A stretch of DNA of 64,000 bases. It comes from Chloroflexota bacterium (GTDB lineage: Bacteria > Chloroflexota > UBA11872 > VXOZ01). The position numbers were made by a program, and so were the translations under genes. The stretch spans positions 160,001 to 224,000 of the forward strand of contig OY760183.1 in NCBI GenBank assembly GCA_963663275.1, given 5' to 3'. The notes under the pieces were generated by a model. It did no database searches. It was given only the letters and a program-made list of their open reading frames with translations, and was not told the origin of the DNA. This document shows, one piece after another, positions 39,009-47,147 of the stretch (position 1 is the stretch's first letter; the number at the start of each line of letters is the position of its first letter).

Positions 39009-40064
39009 ATGCGAATACGAACGTGGAAGACACTGGGTGGCATCTTGGCGCTGTTGTTCGCCATGATGCTCGCCCTCAGCGCGTGCGGCACAGCCCAGGT
39101 GGCGCCCACGGACGGCGAGGCCGCGCCGGCCGAGGAAGAGGCCGCGGAACCGATGGAGAAGCCGACCATCGTCTTTGCCGACCTGAGCTGGGATAGCGCC
39201 CAGATCCAGAACGCGGTGGCGCGCTACATCCTGGAAAACGGCTACGGCTACGAGACCGACGCGGTCTTTGGCGACACCGTGCCCATGCTGGTGGCGCTGC
39301 GCGCCGGTGACGTGAACGTGAACATGGAAATCTGGCTGCCCAACCAGGAAGAGCCCTTCCTGCTGGCGCTGGAAGAAGGCACCGTCGAGGTTGTGGGCAA
39401 GAGCCTGGAAGACAACTGGCAGTCGGCCTTCATCATTCCGCAGTACGTCGCGGACGCGAACCCCGACCTGAAAACGGTGGAAGACCTGAAAGACCACATG
39501 GAACTCTTCGTAACGCCGGACAGCAACGGCAAGGCGCGTCTGCTGACGTGCATCCCCGGCTGGGCGTGCGAGGCCGTGAACGCGGCGCAGGTCGAAGCCT
39601 ATGGCTTGAGCGACGTGGTCGAGTTGGTCAATCCGGGTTCGGACTCGGCTCTCCAGAGTGAGATCCGCGCGGCATTCCTCAAGGAAGAGCCGGTGCTCTT
39701 CTACTACTGGGGTCCGACGACGTTCTCCTTCGAGCTTGAAACCCAACTCGGCGGCTTCTACTTCCTGGAAGAGCCGGAATACAACGAGGAGTGCTGGGAA
39801 ACGCGCGCCTGCGCCTACCCGGTAGCCGAAGTTGTGATTGCCGTCAACACGGGTATCAAGGATTCCGCCGGTGACGTGGTCGATATGCTCAGCAAGTGGG
39901 ACTGGAACTTCAACAACCAGCGCCAGGCTGAGACCTACTTCTCCGAGTCCGGCGGCGAGTACGCCGACGTGGCCATCTGGTGGCTGCAGAACAACGATTC
40001 GTGGCGCGAGTGGGTGACCGCCGACGCCGCGGAGAAGGTTGCTGCCGCCCTGGCCGCCGAATAA
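39009..40064 (+). CDS. proX: Glycine betaine ABC transporter substrate-binding lipoprotein
   Basis: Lipobox LSAC; ADLSWDS, MEIW, CIPGWAC and FYYWGPT motifs; GGGAGG RBS. Confidence 0.88.
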   Translation: MRIRTWKTLGGILALLFAMMLALSACGTAQVAPTDGEAAPAEEEAAEPMEKPTIVFADLSWDSAQIQNAVARYILENGYGYETDAVFGDTVPMLVALRAGDVNVNMEIWLPNQEEPFLLALEEGTVEVVGKSLEDNWQSAFIIPQYVADANPDLKTVEDLKDHMELFVTPDSNGKARLLTCIPGWACEAVNAAQVEAYGLSDVVELVNPGSDSALQSEIRAAFLKEEPVLFYYWGPTTFSFELETQLGGFYFLEEPEYNEECWETRACAYPVAEVVIAVNTGIKDSAGDVVDMLSKWDWNFNNQRQAETYFSESGGEYADVAIWWLQNNDSWREWVTADAAEKVAAALAAE

Positions 40065-40147
40065 TCCGCTTACACGCTATGTTCATGCTACCGCTTGCGG
40101 AGTGATACTCCGCTGAGCGGAGCGGCATGACGGCAACGAGCGAGAAA

Positions 40148-40185
40148 GAGAGAGGGACGCGCGACTGCGCGTCCCTCTCTCTTTG
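40148..40185 (+). terminator. Probable intrinsic terminator
   Basis: GAGAGAGGGACGCGC-GACT-GCGCGTCCCTCTCTC followed by TTT; between convergent genes. Confidence 0.65.
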
Positions 40186-40274
40186 CGCCCAACCCGGACG
40201 GACGCACTCCTGATGACGGAGTCAACTTGACTGTGCCCTGCTGTTTCACCCTCACCCTGACCCTGAAGGAGAGG

Positions 40275-40420
40275 CTGACAGGGGTAGTCATACTACATCC
40301 GACTTCACGTGTCATTCCGAGCGGAGCGCAGCGGAGAGAGGAATCTAAGGCGTTCGCTGTAGAAAAGTCGGTTCTAGATTCCTCGCTCCGCTCGGAATGA
40401 CACTTGTCTACCCCTGTCAG
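40275..40420 (+). mobile_element. MITE-A (146 bp)
   Basis: CTGACAGGGGTAG..CTACCCCTGTCAG; near-identical to 20069-20214. Confidence 0.88.
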
Positions 40421-40507
40421 ATGAGGGAGAGGGGACTAATCCGGAACTTGGCTATCTGTCCTAGCTAACTGTCCTGGCTATCCGTCAGAGATAGATTGAT
40501 ACCGTTG

Positions 40508-42016
40508 CTAGCGCAGGAATTGGCGAAAGACCGCGCGGCCGCGGTAGACGCCCTGCGGGCCCAGTTCTTCCTCGATGCGCAGCAGTTGGTTGTACTTGGC
40601 CAGGCGTTCCGAGCGGGTGATGGAGCCGATCTTGATCTGGCCGGCGCCGGTTCCCACGGCCAGGTCGGCAATGGTGGCGTCCTCGGTCTCGCCGGAACGC
40701 GCCGACACCACGGGCAGGTAGCCGTGGGCGCGCGCCAGGCGCAGCGTTTCGATCGCGGCCGTGAGCGTGCCGACTTGATTCACCTTGACCAGCACCGCGT
40801 TGGCCGCGTTGCGCGCAATGCCCTCTTGCAGGCGCGCCGCGTTGGTGACGAAGAGATCGTCGCCGATGAGTTGCGCCCGGTCGCCGGCCCGCGCCGTAAG
40901 CGCCCGCCAGCCGTCCCAATCGTCTTCCGCCAGGCCGTCTTCGATTGAGATGATCGGATAGTCATCAACCCACCGCGTGAGCAGAGCGACCATCTCATTG
41001 CTCGAAAGCGCACGGCCTTCCGCGCGCAGGCGGTATGCGCCCTCGTGGTAGAAGTGGGTGGCCGCCACGTCCAGACCGATGGCCGCGTCTTCTCCCGGAC
41101 GGTACCCGGCTTTCTCGATCGCTTGAACCAAGAGTTGTACGGCGCTCTCGTTAGCGCCGGCCGTGCTTTCGTTCGCGCCGGTCGCGGAATCGTTCCCGCC
41201 GTTGGCGTTGTCGGGCGCGCCGGTCGCGGCTTCGAGCGGATTCACGGCCGGCGCTAAGCCGCCCTCATCCGCCACCAGGGTGCTCGCGCCCCGGGCCGTC
41301 AGGATTTCGCCCATGGCGTGGTAGACGTTGCACACCATCACCAGGGCCTCGCTGTAGCTCTGGGCGCTCAAAGGGATGCACAAAAAATCCTGGAAATCGA
41401 CGATGCCGCGGGCGTGCAGGCCGCCGCTGAGGATGTTCACCATGGGCACGGGCAACTCCCGCGCCTGGCTGCCGCCCAGGTAGCGGTAGAGCGGCAGGCC
41501 GCAACTCGCCGCGGCCGCGTGGGCCGTAGCCAGCGAGACGCCGAGCACGGCGTTGCCGCCCAGGCGGCGCAGGTTGGGCGTGCCGTCGGTGGCCAGCAGC
41601 AGCGCGTCCACCGTGTGCTGGCGCGCGGCGTCCGCGCCCACCACCGCCGGACCCAGCACCTCGTTCACGTGGCGCGCGGCGTGGCGCGCGCCCTTGCCCT
41701 GGTAGCGGGCCGGATTGCCGTCGCGAAACTCCAGGGCCTCGTGCCGTCCGGTGGACGCGCCCGAGGGCACGATGGCGCGGCCGCGCGCGCCGTCCGCCAG
41801 GGTTGCGTCCACCTCGACCGTGGGCACGCCCCGGGAGTCGAGCACCTCCCTGGCGCGCACGGCCGCAATCGTCGTCGCGGGCTCGGCTCTGACACGTCCG
41901 CGTCCGGTTCCGTCAGACCCGCGTCTCGTTCCGCCAAGCCCACGTCCGGCTCCGTCTTGCCCGTGTTCTGTGCCGTCATTCCCGCGAAAGCGGGAATCCA
42001 TCTGCTCGGACTGCAT
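40508..42016 (-). CDS. eno: Enolase family protein (divergent paralog)
   Basis: VPSGASTG, DEGG, SIEDG, GDDLFVTN, VKVNQ and SERLAKYNQLLRIEEELG; non-canonical SARS and FQDF; repeat-derived N-terminus. Confidence 0.85.
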   Translation of the reverse strand: MQSEQMDSRFRGNDGTEHGQDGAGRGLGGTRRGSDGTGRGRVRAEPATTIAAVRAREVLDSRGVPTVEVDATLADGARGRAIVPSGASTGRHEALEFRDGNPARYQGKGARHAARHVNEVLGPAVVGADAARQHTVDALLLATDGTPNLRRLGGNAVLGVSLATAHAAAASCGLPLYRYLGGSQARELPVPMVNILSGGLHARGIVDFQDFLCIPLSAQSYSEALVMVCNVYHAMGEILTARGASTLVADEGGLAPAVNPLEAATGAPDNANGGNDSATGANESTAGANESAVQLLVQAIEKAGYRPGEDAAIGLDVAATHFYHEGAYRLRAEGRALSSNEMVALLTRWVDDYPIISIEDGLAEDDWDGWRALTARAGDRAQLIGDDLFVTNAARLQEGIARNAANAVLVKVNQVGTLTAAIETLRLARAHGYLPVVSARSGETEDATIADLAVGTGAGQIKIGSITRSERLAKYNQLLRIEEELGPQGVYRGRAVFRQFLR

Positions 42017-43158
42017 TAGGGCACCGTCTCCCTGGCAATGCGCGCGTATACGTCGGACATCGTCGCCGGCTCTTCTTGCAGGATGAACCGGCTCACGCGC
42101 CGCACGGTATCTTTGGTCGGCTCATCCGTAATGTACTCTACCGGAGACTTGCCGTCGATGCGCGCCAGCATGAGGCAGCCAAGCTGGAGCCGCGTCTCGC
42201 CCGCCAACTCGCGCCAATGCACGCCCGGCAGCGTCTCTCGATAGCCCTCCAAGAACGCCTCGACGGACTGGAAGTACGCCGGCTGCACGTGCGCGTTGAC
42301 GATTGACTTGATCAGCAGATGATTGACGCAAAAGGCCAGATCGAACGCCGGGTCGCCCCAATGCACCACCTCGAAGTCGAGCAGAAGGATGGAACCGGCG
42401 TTCCCTCCGTCATTCCCGCACGAGTGGGGAGCTACCGTCGCACTCTCTCCGTCATTCCCGCGAAAGCGGGAATCCATCTTCTCCCGCAGCACAAACATAT
42501 TCTTCGGACTATAGTCCCCGTGCACCAGCGCCGTCTTGCGCGCCCGCATGTGCGCAATTGCCATGGCGAACACCGGCTGCAAGGACGGATGCTTCTCCGC
42601 CGTCGTGTTGTAGTACGGATCGACCCGCAGTTGCCAGAAGACCTCGTCATCGATGAAGCGTTCGCGCGCGGCCGGTTCCTGGATGGCGTGCAGTTGTGCC
42701 AGCAGCCGGCCCGCGGCCGCCGCCACCGGCGTCTCCACCACGCCGCCCAGCAGGTCTTCCTTCCAGAGCGTTGCCGAAGCCGGCGCGCACGACATGCCGT
42801 AGATGTAGTTCTCCTCATCGACAAAGGCGACTTCCGGCACGGCGCCGTCCGGCAAATGCTCCGCCGCGATGCGCAGCGCGTCCGCCTCGCGCAAGGCGCG
42901 ATCGACGCGCGACGGCCAGTACGCCTCTACCCGCAACTCCGGCAGCGCCTGCTTGAGCACCAAACACCGCGCCGGTCTCTTCACCGCCGCCTGCTTCACG
43001 CCCCGCGCCTCTTCATCCGGCGTCGTCACCCGCAGCACAATATTCGAGACGCCGCCGCCCAGCGGTTCCACCGCCAGCGCCGCGCCGTCGTCCACCACCC
43101 CCCGCGCCGCCAGGTAGCGCCCAATTTCAGCACTGTCCATTCGGTCAAGAGCAAGCAT
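42016..43158 (-). CDS. Phosphotransferase (APH/5-methylthioribose kinase-like)
   Basis: GGGVSN, VLKQALPELRV, QLRVDPYY, LVHGDYSPKN and LDFE motifs; start 43158 or 43140. Confidence 0.85.
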   Translation of the reverse strand: MLALDRMDSAEIGRYLAARGVVDDGAALAVEPLGGGVSNIVLRVTTPDEEARGVKQAAVKRPARCLVLKQALPELRVEAYWPSRVDRALREADALRIAAEHLPDGAVPEVAFVDEENYIYGMSCAPASATLWKEDLLGGVVETPVAAAAGRLLAQLHAIQEPAARERFIDDEVFWQLRVDPYYNTTAEKHPSLQPVFAMAIAHMRARKTALVHGDYSPKNMFVLREKMDSRFRGNDGESATVAPHSCGNDGGNAGSILLLDFEVVHWGDPAFDLAFCVNHLLIKSIVNAHVQPAYFQSVEAFLEGYRETLPGVHWRELAGETRLQLGCLMLARIDGKSPVEYITDEPTKDTVRRVSRFILQEEPATMSDVYARIARETVP

Positions 43159-43234
43159 GGTTTCGCACTTCTCTAAACCTGCGTCAAGCTCTACGCCGAG
43201 CAGAATTCTGCCAGCCGGTCTACGACTGCTCAGT

Positions 43235-43642
43235 CTACGACTGCTTAACTTCCAACAGAGTAGCGCCTGCCGCCCGTGACAGTTTGCGGTCGAAGGTATA
43301 GAGCGGTCGGGCTTCTTCACGGGCCGCCGCGGCGAGAATCATCAAGTCCGCGAAATCAGCCCCACTCTGCCGAAAGGAGGATGCGGCAGTGGCCACGTCA
43401 TCGGCAGTCTCGACAACGAGGCTATCGGTAGCGATTACGTTCACCACCACGTCCGCAACCTGCCGGCGGTTGAACCGGTAGGCCCGTTCCAACACCCACA
43501 CGACCTCCAGCACAACTTCGCGGCAGATGAATCCTGGGCGTTCAGGCGTCAGACTTCCCAGAAACGCGCGGGCCGCCGTTGCCAGCCTTTCGTCGTCTTC
43601 AACCAAGGCGCTCACGAGCACGTTTGTATCCACGGCGATCAC
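43235..43642 (-). CDS. VapC-family PIN toxin
   Basis: MIAVDTNVLV, VVLEVVWVL, DFADLMI and YTFDRK motifs; GTGA overlap with the antitoxin gene. Confidence 0.9.
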   Translation of the reverse strand: MIAVDTNVLVSALVEDDERLATAARAFLGSLTPERPGFICREVVLEVVWVLERAYRFNRRQVADVVVNVIATDSLVVETADDVATAASSFRQSGADFADLMILAAAAREEARPLYTFDRKLSRAAGATLLEVKQS

Positions 43643-43872
43643 GTTCCACTGGCCCCCTCCGCAATGGCGCGCTCCATGTCTTCAAGGGTCACGGGCGGCC
43701 CATCGTGCTTCAGCACACCGAACAAATGACCAATGGGACGCACCTTGACGATCCGCACTTGCCCATCCTGGATGATGTAGCGCACTCGATCTCCGGCCTG
43801 CACGTCCAAGGCCTCCCGTACGGCCTTGGGCAGTGTCGTCTGTCCTTTGCTCGTGATTCCCGATTCAAGCAT
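43639..43872 (-). CDS. AbrB/MazE-family antitoxin
   Basis: ITSKGQTTLPKAVREALDVQAGDRV signature. Confidence 0.9.
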   Translation of the reverse strand: MLESGITSKGQTTLPKAVREALDVQAGDRVRYIIQDGQVRIVKVRPIGHLFGVLKHDGPPVTLEDMERAIAEGASGT

Positions 43873-44068
43873 GGAACACCTCATTATCTCATTACTTCAT
43901 TCTCAAGGTCATTACTATGTCTAGCATAGCAAAGAGGTTGGCTGAAATGCACGCATTTACTGGCTCCACATCCTCGTTGGCGTCGCTCCCATGCGGTGGG
44001 ATGGGCCGGGAAAGCCGCTTTCAAGCCGCAAAGAAATCCCCTCACCCCGGCCCTCTCCCCAGGGAGAG

Positions 44069-44214
44069 CTGACAGGGGTAGGCACGTGTCATTCCGAGCG
44101 GAGCGAGGAATCTAGATCCGACGTTTTTGCAGCGAAAGCCTTAGATTCCTCTCTCCGCTGCGCTCCGCTCGGAATGACACGTGAAGTCGGATGTAGAATG
44201 CCTACCCCTGTCAG
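44069..44214 (-). mobile_element. MITE-A (146 bp) with a perfect 12-bp TSD
   Basis: TIR CTGACAGGGGTAGGCA; CCCCAGGGAGAG at 44057-44068 and 44215-44226. Confidence 0.92.
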
Positions 44215-44333
44215 CCCCAGGGAGAGGGAGTAAGGAAACGGAGCGGGAGCGGTTCCCTCTCCCCAGGGAGAGGGAGTCTGGACGCCTGTCGGCCAGGTTG
44301 TGCGCAGCCTGCGCTGCGCGCTCTACGGGTTGC

Positions 44334-45011
44334 TTACGGCAGCGGCCGGAAGACGCGATCGTGCCTCCCCGGCCCCCATTCGTCCGGGTCCAGGCCGTCG
44401 CCCAGCAGCGGGTAAGTCTCCGATAGCCCAAACGTATAGGCATAGAGCCTTAGCTGGAGCCGCTGCGTGTACACCATGAACGCGAAAAGACTATCGGGAT
44501 ACTGTCCCATGAAGAGCACGGGAATCCAGGATAGCCAGAACACGAGCATTACCAGAATGCCAAGAACGAACAGGAAGATGAAGAAGGGGACGAGCACGGC
44601 AAAGCGGAAGAGGCCGCCAAGCAGCGGGAACGCAAGCAGGCGGTTCGGTCGCGCGGGCAGGGGAAACTCTACCCTGACCGCGGCGCTGGAGTCGAGTGAA
44701 AACCCAGGGTAGGCGTCGCTGAGGCCCAGAAAGAAGCAGTTGGCTTTGGCTCTGAGCCTCATGCCGCCCACGACAAGCGCATAGGCCGGCGCCCAGTACT
44801 TGCCGGTAAAGAAAACCACGAACGCGTTGATGACGCTCAAAGCAATCGCGGCGAAGTCTACGACCAGCAGCCAGAGAGCCACCGGCAGCACGACGACGTT
44901 CTTGGCCGCGCCGCCCAGCACGGGAAACGCCCACAGCCGGTTTGGGCGCTCATTGTGCGCGATAGACAGCATTTGCAGGTCTCTTTCCGGTGTGGGAGCG
45001 CCGGTGTTCAT
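44334..45011 (-). CDS. DUF4389 domain membrane protein
   Basis: Two internal repeats RPNRL.AFP..VFFTGKY..LSDAYP and RPNRLLAFP..VLFMGQYP..LSETYP. Confidence 0.75.
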   Translation of the reverse strand: MNTGAPTPERDLQMLSIAHNERPNRLWAFPVLGGAAKNVVVLPVALWLLVVDFAAIALSVINAFVVFFTGKYWAPAYALVVGGMRLRAKANCFFLGLSDAYPGFSLDSSAAVRVEFPLPARPNRLLAFPLLGGLFRFAVLVPFFIFLFVLGILVMLVFWLSWIPVLFMGQYPDSLFAFMVYTQRLQLRLYAYTFGLSETYPLLGDGLDPDEWGPGRHDRVFRPLP

Positions 45012-45226
45012 GGGAATAGCCCCTGGCTTTACTCGATATCCGGACCCAGGCGCGCGCCGCGCCGCCAATCACCGCCGCATCGATCACGCGCGGCATGTCT
45101 CACAACGACTCTAGCGGCTCCGGTGGAAGGTGACAATCCAACGCCCAAGGAATAGCGTACACTACACGGGTGTCGGGTTTCGGCGATGAGCGCGCGCTGA
45201 GCGGCAGCCACACAGAGGAGCAGACC

Positions 45227-46366
45227 ATGATTCGCATCACCAGCGACGTCGAGTGCGGCAACGGCAAGGAGATCGAGCAACTGGCGGACGACCGCTTTCG
45301 CTTGCAGGTGGACGGCGACAAGCAGAGCGGCTACTGCGGCTACTTCTGCTTCGACATCGTCAACGACGGGCCGGCGGCGGACGTGACCATCGAGCTTTGG
45401 GAGGACGCCAAGTTCGGCGGGCCCACCGGCTTTCGCAGCCTCTTTCCCACCACCGTCTGGTTCAAGCCGGTGGAGTTTCACCGTTACCGTCCGCTGCCCA
45501 GCGCGCCGCCGCAATGCGCAAAGGATCACGCCGTCTTCACCGTGCCGGTGGAGCGGGAGCAGCGCGTGCGGGTGGCCATGACCTACGTCGCGCCCTATAG
45601 CGAGATTGCCGCGAACCTGCGCCAATTCGCGGCGGAGCGTCCCGAACGCTGCGCGCTCTTCTCCCTCGGCGAGACGGTACAGGGGCGGCAGATCCTGGGG
45701 TTGCGGGCGGGCACGCCGGGCGCGCCGAAGCTCTTCTGCGTCGCCGGCCAGCATCCCCACGAACACGCCGGGGTCTGGGGCGTGCTGGGCATCGCCGACT
45801 TCATCTCCTCGCTGCTGCCGGACGCCGAGGCGCTGCGCGGGCAACTTGAGGTATTCGTCGTGCCCACCGTGAACCCGGACGGCAACGTCCTGGGACGCAA
45901 CGCCTTCAACGCCGAGGGTTTCGACATGTACCAGGCCTTTGGCGGCGAGCCCGACGCCGACCTGCCGGAAGCGCACGAAAGCCGCCTGCTCTGGGAGTGG
46001 GTGCGCGCGGAAAATCCCGCGCTGTGGATGAACTTCCACTGCTTCACCGGCTGGCGGCTGAACAGCGAGTATCCCTACGACGGCTGGTACGAGGTGGCGG
46101 ACTACGGCCTCTTCAGCGACCCGGCGCGGCGGCGGCTCTACGCGGCTATCTGCGACACCATGCGCCTGGAAACCGACGGCCCTTCCACTCACCAGCGCGC
46201 CAGCATCCACCAACCGAACACGCTCTGCTACCAGTTCGCCAAGCGTTTCGACCTGCCCCACGCCTTCTACGAAATCAACAACGGCACCGCGGGCAAGCAC
46301 CAAGGCGCGCAGCGGGCGCTGCGCGTCTTCAGGCGCGTGACCAACACGCTGCTGCGCTACGCTTAA
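45227..46366 (+). CDS. M14 family zinc carboxypeptidase-like protein
   Basis: QHPHE (HxxE), VNPDG, GRN and NFH motifs; GAGGAG RBS. Confidence 0.8.
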   Translation: MIRITSDVECGNGKEIEQLADDRFRLQVDGDKQSGYCGYFCFDIVNDGPAADVTIELWEDAKFGGPTGFRSLFPTTVWFKPVEFHRYRPLPSAPPQCAKDHAVFTVPVEREQRVRVAMTYVAPYSEIAANLRQFAAERPERCALFSLGETVQGRQILGLRAGTPGAPKLFCVAGQHPHEHAGVWGVLGIADFISSLLPDAEALRGQLEVFVVPTVNPDGNVLGRNAFNAEGFDMYQAFGGEPDADLPEAHESRLLWEWVRAENPALWMNFHCFTGWRLNSEYPYDGWYEVADYGLFSDPARRRLYAAICDTMRLETDGPSTHQRASIHQPNTLCYQFAKRFDLPHAFYEINNGTAGKHQGAQRALRVFRRVTNTLLRYA

Positions 46367-46974
46367 TAGGCCGCGTACACGTCGCGCACTTGCCGCTCTA
46401 CTTCGTCCGCGAAAGCGTCCACCCACAGGATCTCGTCGGCCCGGCACTGGAGTTTGGTAGACACACCGTCTTGAAAGACCACGAGCACAATGCGCTTGCC
46501 GCGCTCGGAAAGAAACTCGATGGCGGGCAGAAGGTCGCTGTCGCCGGAGGAGAGCAACAGCGTATCGTAGCGTTCGCTATGCGTCAGCGCGAGCGTGGCC
46601 AGCCCCACGTCAACGCCCTTCTGCTGCTCCTTGACGATGTGGTGATGGGTGCCGTGCGGGCAGGTGAGGCGCACTTTCCGTTCGCAGTCTTCGCAGTAGG
46701 CGGAATCCGCTCTGACCGTCTTCAGTTCATAGAGTTGGGTGATGATCTTCGGCCCCTGCGGCGGCGCGGACTCCAGCCAGTTGTGAAAGCTGTTCTGCCC
46801 TTCGGACGGCACGTTGGGCGTGGAATTGAGGAAGTACGCCCGCCAGATCTTGTACTCCTCTTCGATCTTCGTCCTGAGTTTCAGGTAATCCACGGTATAG
46901 TCGGGCGCCAGGGAACGCTGGGCGTTGAAGATGTAGCCCCCGTCGATCAACCACAGGCAATTCGTGTTCAGCAC
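46363..46974 (-). CDS. NYN domain-containing protein
   Basis: IDGGY, QKGVDV and SSGDSDLLP motifs; Cys/His-rich insertion; AAGGAG RBS. Confidence 0.85.
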   Translation of the reverse strand: MLNTNCLWLIDGGYIFNAQRSLAPDYTVDYLKLRTKIEEEYKIWRAYFLNSTPNVPSEGQNSFHNWLESAPPQGPKIITQLYELKTVRADSAYCEDCERKVRLTCPHGTHHHIVKEQQKGVDVGLATLALTHSERYDTLLLSSGDSDLLPAIEFLSERGKRIVLVVFQDGVSTKLQCRADEILWVDAFADEVERQVRDVYAAY

Positions 46975-47147
46975 GTTCGACTCCTTCTATTCTGACTGTA
47001 TTTTGGCGGCTCGTTTTGCCGATAGCCCCCTCCTTCGTTCCGGCGGCGGCCGGCGCCGGTTTGCATCGAGCAAGCGCCGCGCGCCCCCGCCGCCACGCCT
47101 AGCCCCGCAAGCGTAACGCGCCGACCAGCAAGCGGCGGCGAACCCCG

